A DNA stretch of 24,124 bases from Candidatus Fraserbacteria bacterium (GTDB taxonomy: Bacteria > Bipolaricaulota > Bipolaricaulia > RBG-16-55-9). Under the pieces are notes generated by a model. The model had not been told where the DNA came from, searched no databases, and was given only the letters and a program-made list of their open reading frames with translations. The stretch lies in NCBI GenBank assembly GCA_037443265.1, contig JBBIOR010000016.1, positions 16,707 to 40,830 of the forward strand. Direction: 5' to 3'. Below, in pieces: positions 7,631 to 17,379 of the stretch (the first letter of the stretch is position 1; every line of letters begins with the position of its first letter). The translations under genes were made by a program, and so were the position numbers.

Positions 7631-9379
7631 ATGAAATCGATCGACCAACGATCTCTCATCCAGAGCAAAAGACGCTGGCAGCTGGTGGAGGTCTCGCAGG
7701 AGGAGACGGCGCGACTCGCGGTTGAGCTGGGCATCTCACAGGCCTTCGCGCGCGTGCTGGCCGGCCGGGCTCAAGGCGCAGAGCCAAAGCATCTCCTCAA
7801 GAATGACCTATCAGCCCTGAGTCCACCCAGCCAGCTTTTGGGGATCGAGCGGGCTCTGGAGCGAATCGAGCAGGCTCTCCAAAAGAGCGAGAAGATCTTT
7901 ATTCATGGGGATTTCGATGTCGATGGGCTGACCAGCACGGCGCTCCTCTATAAAGCCCTCCAGCGGCTGGGTGCCCAGGGCACGAGAGTTGAGATCGAGG
8001 ATCGCGCGCGCGGCCACGGGCTTAACCCTCAAATCGTGCAAGAAGTGCTCGCAGGCCGCTTCCAGCTTCTCATCACCACGGACTGCGGCATCTCCGACGT
8101 CGATTGTGTGAGGGCGCTTAAGGAGCATGGAGTCGATGTCATCATCACAGATCATCATGAGCCGCCCAAGGAGCTACCGCCGGCGGTGGCCATCATCAAC
8201 CCGCGCCAAGCGGGGTGCACGTATCCGAATGCAGATCTGGCCGCCGTCGGGGTCGTCTATCAGACTGTAGCTGCGCTGTTTGAGCATCGCGGCCTAGGGC
8301 CAGAGGCCTGCCAGGAGTATTTAGATTTAGTGATGCTGGGGACGGTGGGGGATCTGGTGCCGCTCGTAAGAGGCCACAGTGTTGAGAACCGCGCCCTCGT
8401 CAAGGCCGGACTCGATCTTTTGGCACAGGGAGGCGGAAGTCTGGGGCTGAGAGTTCTGCTGGAGAAGATGTCCCTAGACCCACGGAGGCTCTCGGCCGGT
8501 GAGATCAGCTATATTGTCGTCCCCAAACTGAACGCGGCCAATCGAGTGGGGGACCCGCGGGTGGCGTTCCTTCTGCTCATCACTTCTGACAGAAGGCGCG
8601 CGGATCACTTGGCCGACACTCTTCTTCAATACAACTACGATCGCCAAGTCGTCCAGGACGATCTCAGATTCCAGGCAGAGCAGTTGCTCCATCAAGAGAT
8701 CGATTTCGAGCGGGACAAGATTTTTATTTTAGCGGGCCAGTATTGGAATCCGGGCGTGATCGGACTGGTCGCGGCCGATTTAGCAGAGAAGTACTATCGG
8801 CCCACGATTCTCCTGGCGAAAGGGGATGAGTACGCGCGGGCCTCGGGCCGCAGCATCCCTGAGTTCAATCTGATCCGAAGCTTGACGCACCACAGCCATC
8901 TCTTGGAGCGCTATGGAGGACACCCGATGGCCGCAGGCTTTCTGATCAAGAACGACTGGATTCCACGTCTTAAGGAGGAGCTGGGTGAGTACGCTCGCCG
9001 GGAACTAGCAGATCTGGGTGGGCCTGTCCAGATCATCGACACTGAGCTTGGCCCTGAAGAGATCGATCTTAGACTCTATGAGGAGTTGCAGCGCTTGGGG
9101 CCATTTGGGGTGGGCAACCGTGAACCACGCTTTCTATTGAGAAATGCCTGGGTGAGCGAGGCGCGCGCCCTGGGAAACGGCTCAAAGCATTTGAAGCTCA
9201 AGCTGAAAGCAGGTGAGCAAGAGTTTGACACGATCGGCTTCGAGCTGGGCGATTATCTCGCGGAGATCTGCCAAGAGGGTCAGGTCGATCTCGTCTTTAA
9301 GCTCGGTAGAGATGACTGGGGTGGCCGCTCCAAAGTTCAACTGGAACTCCTCGATGTGCTGAGTTGCAGCAATTTGTGA
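7631..9379 (+). CDS. recJ: ssDNA exonuclease RecJ
   Basis: GDFDVDG, TDCG, TDHH, GTVGDLVPL, GGHPMAAG and PFGVGN motifs. Confidence 0.96.
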   Translation: MKSIDQRSLIQSKRRWQLVEVSQEETARLAVELGISQAFARVLAGRAQGAEPKHLLKNDLSALSPPSQLLGIERALERIEQALQKSEKIFIHGDFDVDGLTSTALLYKALQRLGAQGTRVEIEDRARGHGLNPQIVQEVLAGRFQLLITTDCGISDVDCVRALKEHGVDVIITDHHEPPKELPPAVAIINPRQAGCTYPNADLAAVGVVYQTVAALFEHRGLGPEACQEYLDLVMLGTVGDLVPLVRGHSVENRALVKAGLDLLAQGGGSLGLRVLLEKMSLDPRRLSAGEISYIVVPKLNAANRVGDPRVAFLLLITSDRRRADHLADTLLQYNYDRQVVQDDLRFQAEQLLHQEIDFERDKIFILAGQYWNPGVIGLVAADLAEKYYRPTILLAKGDEYARASGRSIPEFNLIRSLTHHSHLLERYGGHPMAAGFLIKNDWIPRLKEELGEYARRELADLGGPVQIIDTELGPEEIDLRLYEELQRLGPFGVGNREPRFLLRNAWVSEARALGNGSKHLKLKLKAGEQEFDTIGFELGDYLAEICQEGQVDLVFKLGRDDWGGRSKVQLELLDVLSCSNL

Positions 9380-10272
9380 AAGAATATTTTCGCTAAAAAG
9401 AGCGGGATGACCCGCGCGCGCCAGAAACGATGAGGCTCTCGCAGAGCCCGCCAGAGCCACTCTAGGCCCCATCTCTGCCAAGTGATGGGGGCTCTCGGCA
9501 ACTGCCCTGACAGCACATCGAAGCTGCCGCCGACCCCCATCACTACAGGCACATCTAAAAGATTTTGATGTTGCAGCATCCAGCGCTCCTGGCGGGGCAC
9601 GCCCATCCCGACCAGAAGCAGATCCGGGGCTGCTCGGCGAATCTCCTCGATGAGAGCAGCCTCTTCGGCCGCAGAGAAATACCCGTCGCGGGTGCCCACG
9701 ATTTGAAGTCCAGCATAGCGCTCTTGGAGTTTACAGGCGGCTCGAAAAGCCACGCCTGGCTTGGCCCCCACTAGGAAGAGCCGATAGCCCTTGCTCGCCG
9801 CCCGCTCGCAGAATCTTTCAAGGAGATCGATGCCGGTCACCCGCCCGGGCAGCGGGTCTCCCAGCAGCCGAGAGGCCCAGATCAGCCCTGTCCCATCGGC
9901 CGTAACGAGATCCGCTTGGCAGTAGGCGGCTCGCAGGAGGGAGTCCCAGCGCGCGCGCCAGAGAGCCGTCGTGTCCGGCGTCAGTACCAAGCGCACGGAA
10001 GTCTTTCGATTGATCCAGTCTTCCAGACGGCGGACGGCCTCCTCCAGCAAGACGCGATCGATGGGAATGCCGAAGAGATGGACTCTCGAGGGAGTCGCCT
10101 TCCAGATCGCTTCTGGCTCGAAGGCGAGCCATGGAGCCCGGGGTACCCTCTCACCGATCTTTGGCCAAGCGCGAGTCGACACCCCAAGAGCATAGGGGCT
10201 GGGTGCCCCCTGCGAAAAGGACTCTCGTAAGAAGAGAGCGAGACCTTTGTCCCTGGGGCGTGACCAGACCAT
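9337..10272 (-). CDS. WecB/TagA/CpsF (GT26) glycosyltransferase; start uncertain
   Basis: ADGTG, RVTGIDL, VGMGVPRQE, GVGGSFD, RAP and GLEWLWR...EP motifs. Confidence 0.9.
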   Translation of the reverse strand: MVWSRPRDKGLALFLRESFSQGAPSPYALGVSTRAWPKIGERVPRAPWLAFEPEAIWKATPSRVHLFGIPIDRVLLEEAVRRLEDWINRKTSVRLVLTPDTTALWRARWDSLLRAAYCQADLVTADGTGLIWASRLLGDPLPGRVTGIDLLERFCERAASKGYRLFLVGAKPGVAFRAACKLQERYAGLQIVGTRDGYFSAAEEAALIEEIRRAAPDLLLVGMGVPRQERWMLQHQNLLDVPVVMGVGGSFDVLSGQLPRAPITWQRWGLEWLWRALREPHRFWRARVIPLFLAKIFFHKLLQLSTSRSSS

Positions 10273-10337
10273 CTCCACCCCCTGACCAGAGGAGCCTTTC
10301 GCCCGGCCAAGCGCCCTGGATATCATACGGTGAGAGC

Positions 10338-11471
10338 ATGGAGCGGAAGATCATCCATGTGGACATGGACGCCTTCTATGCGGCTATCGAGCAGCGGGAT
10401 CGCCCGCAGCTTCGGGGAAGGCCCGTGATCGTGGGCGGTCGGCCCGAGGCGCGGGGAGTCGTAGCGGCGGCCTCCTATGAAGCGCGAAGGTTTGGCATCC
10501 ACAGCGCGATGCCCACGGCCCGTGCCCTTAAGCTCTGCCCGCAGGCGATCTTGAGAGAGCCTCGCCTGAGCTACTATCGACAAATCTCGCAGGCCATTCA
10601 CGAGATTCTCTATTCATACACACCACTTGTGGAGCCCCTCTCGCTCGACGAGGCATTTTTAGATGTGACGGGCAGTGAGAGGCTCTTCGGACCGGCAGAG
10701 AAGATCGGCCACCAGCTCAAGCAGCGGATCAAAGAAGAGCTCTCTCTTACGTGTTCGCTCGGTCTGGCCCCGAATAAATTTCTAGCCAAGCTGGCCTCGG
10801 ATTTAAAAAAGCCCGACGGCTTCGTGATCATCCGGCCAGAGCAAATCGAAGAGTTTTTAAGAGATCTTCCGATCTCGCGGCTGTGGGGCGTGGGACCGGC
10901 CACGGAAGAGCGTCTGCGTAAGCTGGGGGTCTTGTGCATTGGCGATCTGTGGAGGCTCTCCCGGGAGGAATTAATCGGAAGATTTGGCAGATGGGGTGCC
11001 CGTCTGTATGATCTGGCCCGCGGGATCGATGAGCGACCCGTGACCCCGGAGCACGAGAAAAAATCCATCAGCCGGGAGACGACGTTCCCCCAAGATCTAT
11101 ACGATGGCCAAAAATTGCTGGAGACCTTAGAGGAGCTGGCCGAGGAAGTGGCCGATGAGCTTCAGCAAGAAAGACTCAAGGCCCGTACTGTTCAGATCAA
11201 AGTGCGCTTTGAGGACTTTACGACGATCACCCGCCGCATCACGCTCCAAGAACCTATAGAGACAAGCCGCGTGATTCGCGAAGCGGCCCGGCTGCTCCTT
11301 CAACACAAAGTCGAATTCGAGGGGCGCGGGGTGCGGCTTCTGGGCGTAGGCGTCTCCCATCTAGAAGCCTCCAAAGCAGGGCAACTCGCACTCTTCGCCG
11401 TAGAGAACTCAGATGAGCCTGGGCTCGTCTTGGAAGAGTTGCGTCGACGCTTTAAAGAGCACAGCGCTTGA
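10338..11471 (+). CDS. dinB: DNA polymerase IV
   Basis: IIHVDMDAFYA, SYEARRFG, SLDEAFLD and KLASDLKKPDG motifs; start set at MERKII. Confidence 0.96.
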   Translation: MERKIIHVDMDAFYAAIEQRDRPQLRGRPVIVGGRPEARGVVAAASYEARRFGIHSAMPTARALKLCPQAILREPRLSYYRQISQAIHEILYSYTPLVEPLSLDEAFLDVTGSERLFGPAEKIGHQLKQRIKEELSLTCSLGLAPNKFLAKLASDLKKPDGFVIIRPEQIEEFLRDLPISRLWGVGPATEERLRKLGVLCIGDLWRLSREELIGRFGRWGARLYDLARGIDERPVTPEHEKKSISRETTFPQDLYDGQKLLETLEELAEEVADELQQERLKARTVQIKVRFEDFTTITRRITLQEPIETSRVIREAARLLLQHKVEFEGRGVRLLGVGVSHLEASKAGQLALFAVENSDEPGLVLEELRRRFKEHSA

Positions 11472-11504
11472 CCTTCCCCTGTGAAATGGCGAAGATAAAG
11501 AGCT

Positions 11505-12269
11505 ATGCTGGAACGCTCTTCTTGGAAAGAGGCTCGTGAGCTCTTTCAACAGGCGAAAGTAGGGCTCATCCCCGTGGGCTCGACTGAGCAGCATGGGCCC
11601 CATCTGCCCCTGGGCACAGATTTTCTGATTGCTCAGGCCCTGGCAGGGGCCGCCGCCCAAGAGACGGGAGCCCTCTGCACGCCGGTCATCCCTGTGGGAG
11701 TGGCCTCTCATCACCAGCAGTTCTGGGGGACACTCAGCGTCTCCCCAAAGGCCTTCCACTCGTATATGAAAGAGCTGGCGCAAAGCGTGGCGACTCATGG
11801 CATGAGAAGAATCATCTTCGTGAACGGCCACGGAGGCAATAGCCCCACGCTCTTTGAGATCTGCCGCGAGCTTCGACCCCGAGGGATCTTCTCGCTCGTC
11901 TGGAACTGGTGGCTCAATCCCGAGGTCTTGAAACTCTATGAGAGGCTCTTCCAGAGCCAGGGCTCACACGCAGGGGCTGGCGAGACCTCTATGATCTTGT
12001 TCCTCGATGAAAGACTCGTCGATCGAAGCCGGATTGAGGAAGCCGTGCGCGGAGCCTCAGAGACCTTCGGCGTGGTCAAATACGGAGCTCAACTGCCCTT
12101 CGACACGATCGATTTTTCCGCAAGCGGGGCCACTCTTGATCCCAGAGAGGCCAGCCGAGAGGCAGGCGAAAAGATCTTCGAGACGGCCAGAAGAGAACTA
12201 ATCGCGCTCATCCGCTGGCTCGAGACTGCCCCCGAGGAGGAACTCAAGCTCAAACCACACCAGCCATGA
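11505..12269 (+). CDS. Creatininase/amidohydrolase family protein
   Basis: GSTEQHGPHLPLGTD, NGHGGN and HAGAGETS motifs. Confidence 0.92.
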   Translation: MLERSSWKEARELFQQAKVGLIPVGSTEQHGPHLPLGTDFLIAQALAGAAAQETGALCTPVIPVGVASHHQQFWGTLSVSPKAFHSYMKELAQSVATHGMRRIIFVNGHGGNSPTLFEICRELRPRGIFSLVWNWWLNPEVLKLYERLFQSQGSHAGAGETSMILFLDERLVDRSRIEEAVRGASETFGVVKYGAQLPFDTIDFSASGATLDPREASREAGEKIFETARRELIALIRWLETAPEEELKLKPHQP

Positions 12270-13009
12270 GGATCACCATTCTGGGCACAGGCGGAGCGCT
12301 CCCCCTGGCAGGACGGGCACAAAGCGCGATCTTGTTGGAGAAGCATGGAGGCCGACTGCTCGTCGACTGCGGCAGCGGAACCCTCTTAAGACTCGCCGAG
12401 GCCCAAATCGATCTCGCCCAGATTGAGAGCGCGCTGCTCACGCACTGTCATCTCGATCACATGAGTGATCTGGTGCCCTTGATGACGGCCCGCTGGCTCC
12501 TGGGAAGGCCGCACCATCGGGTCTATGGGCCGAAGGGCACGGCAACCATTCTAAAAACCATCATTGGGCTCTACGACTACGTTCAAAGCCACGTGAGGGT
12601 AGAAGTCTTCGAGCTAGAGGGCGGCGCGAGCTTTGAGGTCGAGGGCTTCCACGTGGAGTCCTCGGCTACCCGCCACGGGAACGTGCCATCCTTGGCCTAT
12701 AAGTTCGACGGGCGACTGGTCATCTCCGGAGACACCGAGCCGTTTCCCCCCATGGCCGACTTCGCTCGTCGCTGCCACACGCTCATCCACGAGTGCTCCG
12801 CGCCTGACGAGTTCGCGGATCTATTCCCGACACATACGATGCCCCAAGCGCTGGGCCTCCTCCTCAAGGACTGCGACATCAAAAGACTCATCCTCACACA
12901 CTTCTACCCTCAAACTCAAGGGCACGAAGCGGATATGATCCGATCCGTCCAGCAGAATTTCAAGGGACCAGTGCTTCTGGCTTTTGACCTGGCTGGCTAT
13001 GAAATCTAG
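12266..13009 (+). CDS. MBL-fold metallohydrolase (RNase Z-like superfamily)
   Basis: LGTG, DCGSG, THCHLDH, SGDT, IHEC and LTHFYP motifs; ATGA coupling to the upstream gene. Confidence 0.9.
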   Translation: MRITILGTGGALPLAGRAQSAILLEKHGGRLLVDCGSGTLLRLAEAQIDLAQIESALLTHCHLDHMSDLVPLMTARWLLGRPHHRVYGPKGTATILKTIIGLYDYVQSHVRVEVFELEGGASFEVEGFHVESSATRHGNVPSLAYKFDGRLVISGDTEPFPPMADFARRCHTLIHECSAPDEFADLFPTHTMPQALGLLLKDCDIKRLILTHFYPQTQGHEADMIRSVQQNFKGPVLLAFDLAGYEI

Positions 13010-13373
13010 GAGGGAGGAGATGATGGGTCGACTGCAGGCCTTCCACGAGTATCGCCGGCGGATGAACGAAGCTATTCTTAAGGCGGGCAATCTGCAAATT
13101 AAGCGCTTCTTCAGTCTGGATTCCCAGGCCTATCGCGATGGAGCCCTGCCTGCGAAGACGAAAGAGCTTATGGGTTTAGTCGCGTCCCTGGTGCTGCGCT
13201 GCGACGATTGCATCACGTATCATCTCATTCAATGTGCCAAGCTGGGCACCACAGATGAAGAATTTTTCGAAGCATTCAACGTGGCTCTCGTCGTGGGCGG
13301 CTCGATTGTCATTCCCCATCTGCGCCGGGCCGTAGAGAGGCTCGAGGAGATTCGCCAACAAGAGAAGGGATGA
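12999..13373 (+). CDS. Carboxymuconolactone decarboxylase/AhpD family protein
   Basis: GALPAKTKELMGL...LRCDDCITYH (CxxC). Start is 12999 or 13020/13023. Confidence 0.9.
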   Translation: MKSRREEMMGRLQAFHEYRRRMNEAILKAGNLQIKRFFSLDSQAYRDGALPAKTKELMGLVASLVLRCDDCITYHLIQCAKLGTTDEEFFEAFNVALVVGGSIVIPHLRRAVERLEEIRQQEKG

Positions 13374-13379
13374 GATCTC

Positions 13380-13796
13380 TTATCTTTTCTGCGTCACTTT
13401 GCGAATGCACTCGACGATCTCTTGAGTGGAAGCCCCAGGGCCGAAGACCTCTGCGACGCCCATTCTCTTGAGCTCCTCTTTGTCATCATCCGGGATGATC
13501 CCGCCGCCGATGAGCACAACGTCATCCATCCCGTGTTCTTTCATGAGCTTTAAGATGCGCGGGAAGATCGTCATGTGCGCTCCCGAAAGGATCGAGACGC
13601 CGATGACGTCCACGTCTTCTTGCAAGGCCGCTCGCACCACTTGCTCCGGTGTGTTGTGCAACCCTGTGTAGATTACTTCCATGCCGGCATCTCGCAGCGC
13701 CCGCGCCACGACTTTTACGCCCCGATCGTGGCCGTCCAGCCCGGCCTTGGCCATCAGCACTCGAATCTTTTTCGTCTTGGTTTGCGTTGCCCTCAT
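13380..13796 (-). CDS. Cobalamin-binding small subunit of an acyl-CoA mutase (IcmB-like)
   Basis: [10 protein letters not shown] (DxHxxG), SILSGAH and GGGIIP motifs. Confidence 0.93.
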   Translation of the reverse strand: MRATQTKTKKIRVLMAKAGLDGHDRGVKVVARALRDAGMEVIYTGLHNTPEQVVRAALQEDVDVIGVSILSGAHMTIFPRILKLMKEHGMDDVVLIGGGIIPDDDKEELKRMGVAEVFGPGASTQEIVECIRKVTQKR

Positions 13797-13798
13797 GA

Positions 13799-15496
13799 TC
13801 AGATCATGGCCGGCTCTCGATACGTCCCGTGGATCTCCCGGAAGACGTCCATGATCTCGCCCACACTGGCGTAGGCTTTGACGGCTTCCACAATATAGGG
13901 CAGCGCGTTCTCTCTGTGCCTGACGGCTGCTCTAAGCGCGTTCAGGCACTGCTCAACGCGCTTATTATCTCGCTCGCGCTTGATACGCTTTAGACGCTCT
14001 ATCTGCCTTCGCTCGATCTTGGGATCGACTCTCAAAATATTGGGCTTTCTCTCTTCTTGGATCATAAATTTGTTCACGCCGACGATCACCTGCTCGCCGG
14101 ATTCGACTTGCTGCTGATAGAGATAGGAAGCTTGAGCGATCTCCCTCTGAAAGAACCCCTCCTCGATGCCGTGGAGCACCCCTTGGAGCATCGAGCCTCC
14201 TCCCATCTGCTCGATCTTGTGAAGGTACTCGAGCGCCTGCTCTTCCATGCGATTCGTAAGGCTTTCGACAAAATAACTGCCTGCCAGCGGGTCAATCACA
14301 TCGGCTACGCCGCTCTCGTAGGCGATGATCTGTTGAGTACGTAGCGCGATTCGAGCCGCTTCTTCTGTGGGAAGCGCTAAAGCTTCATCGTACGAGTTCG
14401 TGTGCAGAGATTGCGTCCCGCCCAGAACGGCAGCCAGCGCTTGAAGCGTGACGCGAACGATATTGTTGAGCGGCTGTTGCTCGGTCAAAGAACAGCCGGC
14501 CGTCTGCGTGTGGAAGCGGAGCATCCAAGATCGAGGGTCTTTCGCCCGGTAGCGCTCGCGCATCACTCGGGCCCAAATCCTGCGCGCCGCCCTAAATTTC
14601 GCGATCTCCTCAAAGAACGAATTATGCGCGTTGAAGAAGAACGAGAGCTGAGGGGCGAACTCATCGACGTCCAACCCGCGCTCCAGGCCGGCTTCCACGT
14701 AGGCCATCCCATCGGCCAGCGTGAAGGCCAACTCCTGCACAGCCGTCGAGCCCGCCTCCCGAATGTGATAGCCCGAGATGCTGATCAGATTGAATTTGGG
14801 AGTCTCCTTGATCCCGTATTCAAAGACGTCAATGATTAGATCTATGGAAGGCTGCGGGGGCATCACCCACTCTTTTTGTGCGATGAATTCCTTGAGCATG
14901 TCGTTCTGGATGGTCCCCCTAATTTTATGGCGGGGGACACCCTGCTGATCGGCCACGGCAATATACATGGCATAGATCACGGGTGCACTGGGGTTGATCG
15001 TAAAACTCGTGCTCACTTGATCCAGGGGAATGCCCTCAAATAATATCTCAAAATCTTTGAGTGTATCTACGGCCACGCCCTCCACGCCCACCTCGCCCTC
15101 CGCCAGGGGATGATCGGAATCTAACCCCATGAGCGTGGGCATGTCGAAGGCCGTGGAAAGACCCGTCTGGCCCTCCTCGAGCAAGTACTTGAATCGGCGA
15201 TTCGTCTCCTCGGGGCCGCCGAAGCCCGCAAATTGCCGCATCGTCCAGAGCTTCCCGCGGTACATCGTGGGATAGATCCCGCGGGTGAAGGGATACTCAC
15301 CGGGATGGCCCAGATCGCGCTCATAATCGAGACTTTCTATATCATCCGGCGTGCAAAGACGGGGGATCTCGGCGTTGGAGACGGTGATGAATCGTGCTTT
15401 TCTTTCACCGTGCTTCTCCAAGAAGGGCTTTAGAGTCTCTTGTTCCCAGCGCTCTTTGTCGCTTCGGGTGCGGATGACAGGCTTCGCCATGAACAT
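13799..15496 (-). CDS. Acyl-CoA mutase large subunit (MCM family, isobutyryl-CoA mutase-like residues)
   Basis: [38 protein letters not shown] and [11 protein letters not shown] motifs; AGGAGG SD. Confidence 0.93.
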   Translation of the reverse strand: MFMAKPVIRTRSDKERWEQETLKPFLEKHGERKARFITVSNAEIPRLCTPDDIESLDYERDLGHPGEYPFTRGIYPTMYRGKLWTMRQFAGFGGPEETNRRFKYLLEEGQTGLSTAFDMPTLMGLDSDHPLAEGEVGVEGVAVDTLKDFEILFEGIPLDQVSTSFTINPSAPVIYAMYIAVADQQGVPRHKIRGTIQNDMLKEFIAQKEWVMPPQPSIDLIIDVFEYGIKETPKFNLISISGYHIREAGSTAVQELAFTLADGMAYVEAGLERGLDVDEFAPQLSFFFNAHNSFFEEIAKFRAARRIWARVMRERYRAKDPRSWMLRFHTQTAGCSLTEQQPLNNIVRVTLQALAAVLGGTQSLHTNSYDEALALPTEEAARIALRTQQIIAYESGVADVIDPLAGSYFVESLTNRMEEQALEYLHKIEQMGGGSMLQGVLHGIEEGFFQREIAQASYLYQQQVESGEQVIVGVNKFMIQEERKPNILRVDPKIERRQIERLKRIKRERDNKRVEQCLNALRAAVRHRENALPYIVEAVKAYASVGEIMDVFREIHGTYREPAMI

Positions 15497-15517
15497 TCCT
15501 CCTTGCGCCTCTTGATG

Positions 15518-15546
15518 ATTATAAAGAAGGCAAGCGCGCTTGCCAA
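15518..15546 (-). promoter_or_regulatory. Promoter for the mutase operon with a 16-bp palindrome
   Basis: TTGGCA-17 bp-TATAAT; GGCAAGCGCGCTTGCC at 15529-15544. Confidence 0.65.
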
Positions 15547-15587
15547 GGTGGGAGAGCCACAGAGGGTCAGCCCCTAGAACGCATCCG

Positions 15588-15617
15588 TTGACAGATCCTA
15601 ACCACTCAAGCTATATT
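15588..15617 (+). promoter_or_regulatory. Promoter for tRNA-rnhA
   Basis: TTGACA-18 bp-TATATT. Confidence 0.7.
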
Positions 15618-15629
15618 GAAGGTGCACTC

Positions 15630-15702
15630 GGGCCCATAGCTCAGGGGTCAGAGCAGCCGGCTCATAACCGGTCGGTCGCAGGTTCGAATCCTGCTGGGCC
15701 CA
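15630..15702 (+). tRNA. tRNA with CAT anticodon, most likely tRNA-Ile2 (lysidine type); CCA not encoded
   Basis: Full cloverleaf: acceptor GGGCCCA/TGGGCCC, D arm GCTC/GAGC, anticodon arm GCCGG-CTCATAA-CCGGT, T arm GCAGG-TTCGAAT-CCTGC. C4-G69/C5-G68 fit Ile2 and there are no fMet hallmarks. Confidence 0.93.
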
Positions 15703-15706
15703 CCCC

Positions 15707-16249
15707 ATGGAAAAGCTTCTCATTTACGTCGATGGCACAGCCCAAGGCAACCCCGGAGATGCCGGCATCGGAGTCGTCATCTCCGACAGCCAGGGGAACA
15801 TCGTCGAGGAGATCTCCAAGTACATCGGGCGTTCCACCAACAACGTGGCGGAATATCGCGCCCTGATCGAAGCGGCCCAAGCGGCCCTTGAGTATATGCC
15901 CCAGCGGGCTCTCTTTTTCACCGACTCGCAGCTGGTGGCCAATCAGATCAATGGGCTCTATCGCATCCGTCAGCCTCATCTCGATGCCCTCAATCGCCAG
16001 GCGGAAGATCTCTTACATCGCCTGCCCAACTGGCAGGTGCGCTATATTGAAAGAACAGCTAACTGGCAGGCTCATCGTCTCGCCCAGCGAGCCATCTACG
16101 AACGGAGCGGCGCAGATCCGGGGCGGGCTCTGCGCGAGACCCTCCTCGATCGCCTGTGCGCGCTGGCCGAGAGGCTCGATGAGGAGGGACAACGGAAGCT
16201 CATCGAGTACGCCAGACGTCTACTGGAAGAATCTGTTGAAGATTCCTAA
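15707..16249 (+). CDS. rnhA: Ribonuclease HI family protein (archaeal/actinobacterial type) with C-terminal helical extension
   Basis: YVDG...GNPG.AGIG, TNNVAEY and TDSQLVANQING motifs. Confidence 0.88.
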   Translation: MEKLLIYVDGTAQGNPGDAGIGVVISDSQGNIVEEISKYIGRSTNNVAEYRALIEAAQAALEYMPQRALFFTDSQLVANQINGLYRIRQPHLDALNRQAEDLLHRLPNWQVRYIERTANWQAHRLAQRAIYERSGADPGRALRETLLDRLCALAERLDEEGQRKLIEYARRLLEESVEDS

Positions 16250-16938
16250 CGCTCCCCGCAATAGAGAAACGCGATTCCTCCGGCCAGCGGCAGGCTCTTG
16301 ACCCCGCGCAGGCCTGCCTGACTCATGCGTTCTTCAATCTCTGTGGGAGAGGGAAACTCGCAGATTGAGCGATAGAGATATTGATACGCCTCGCGCGAGC
16401 CTGTAAGAAGCGCCCCCACACGGGGAACGATCTGCTTGAGATAGAAGAGATATATCCGCCGCCAGAGCGCGCGCGAGGGCAGCGCGAACTCTAACATCAG
16501 CAATCTCCCCTTAGGGTTCAGCACCCGCGCCAGCTCAGCTAATCCCGCCTGGATGTCCGGGAGATTTCGCAAACCGAACGCGATGGTGACGAGGTCAAAG
16601 GTCTCTGAAGCAAAGGGCAGCCGCATGGCGTCTGCCTCGATCAGCAGAGCTCTGGGAGCACAGCCTAGCGCCTGGAGCTTCTTCTGCCCAACGGAGAGCA
16701 TCTCCCAGGAGAGATCGACGCCCCACAGGCTCAGTGGCTCCTGCTGACATGCGCATGCCAGCAGGAGATCCGCCGTGCCCGTGCAGACATCTAAGACTCT
16801 CTCAGCGGGGCGCGGAGCGGCCCATTCCACAAGTCGCCTGCGCCAGCCGCGGTCCAGATTCCAGCTCAAGACGTGATTGGCTAGGTCATAGCGGGAGGAG
16901 ATGCGCGAGAACATCCGCGCGATCTCAGAAGAATTCAT
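16246..16938 (-). CDS. menG: Demethylmenaquinone methyltransferase (UbiE/MenG)
   Basis: MF..IS.RYDLAN..LS, LDVCTGTAD, IAFGLRN and AYQYL..SI motifs; start set at MNSSEI. Confidence 0.9.
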   Translation of the reverse strand: MNSSEIARMFSRISSRYDLANHVLSWNLDRGWRRRLVEWAAPRPAERVLDVCTGTADLLLACACQQEPLSLWGVDLSWEMLSVGQKKLQALGCAPRALLIEADAMRLPFASETFDLVTIAFGLRNLPDIQAGLAELARVLNPKGRLLMLEFALPSRALWRRIYLFYLKQIVPRVGALLTGSREAYQYLYRSICEFPSPTEIEERMSQAGLRGVKSLPLAGGIAFLYCGER

Positions 16939-16945
16939 AAAGAGC

Positions 16946-17356
16946 TCAGGGCATCTTGACGATGCCGGTGATCTCGACTTCCACTTCGCTGACGTCAAGA
17001 CCCGCCAGCTCTTTGACCTTCCGGCGGACGTTTCGGATCGCCCGCTCGGCGGCCTCCGGGATGGGCGTACCATACTGGGCCACGAGCAACAGCTTGATCT
17101 TGAGCGGCCGCTCCTCGTGCGGGTCGAGCGTTCCTTGCTCCCCTCCCCTCTCATCCTGCGGGGGCACTTTCAGAATCTGAATGCCTACTCCTTGATAGGC
17201 CTTCGAGAGGGAATCCAAAAGACCTCCGGCCTTCACTCGATCCGGCGTGTAGAGCCCCTCCACCTCCAGGAGCGCTCCGTAGGCGATCATCTCGAGGGCC
17301 TTCTCGGAGATGAAGAGCTGCCCTAAGTCTCCCCGAGTCTCTTCTGGCTTGGCCAT
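16946..17356 (-). CDS. Asp23/Gls24 family envelope stress protein
   Basis: LGQLFISEKALEMIA...EVEG...YGTPIPEAA...V.V.I.GI pattern. Confidence 0.85.
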   Translation of the reverse strand: MAKPEETRGDLGQLFISEKALEMIAYGALLEVEGLYTPDRVKAGGLLDSLSKAYQGVGIQILKVPPQDERGGEQGTLDPHEERPLKIKLLLVAQYGTPIPEAAERAIRNVRRKVKELAGLDVSEVEVEITGIVKMP

Positions 17357-17379
17357 GCTCCCACTGCTCCTCTCTACCC

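Noticed and set aside
10131..10337. N-terminal extension of DinB
   Set aside because: It overlaps the divergent glycosyltransferase region; family similarity starts at MERKIIHVD.
10270..10337. LexA/SOS box upstream of dinB
   Set aside because: No convincing known SOS palindrome visible.
12266..13009. True RNase Z (rnz) serving the nearby CCA-less tRNA
   Set aside because: No flexible-arm (exosite) insertion between the TRHG and SGDT motifs, so it was left as a generic MBL hydrolase.
15630..15702. Initiator/elongator tRNA-Met, or an integration site
   Set aside because: The 1-72 pair is intact, there is no GGG/CCC anticodon stem, and the acceptor stem is Ile2-like. No integrase or duplicated 3' end was seen.
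16939..17154. N-terminal extension of MenG
   Set aside because: It lies inside the Asp23 gene in another frame and is low complexity.
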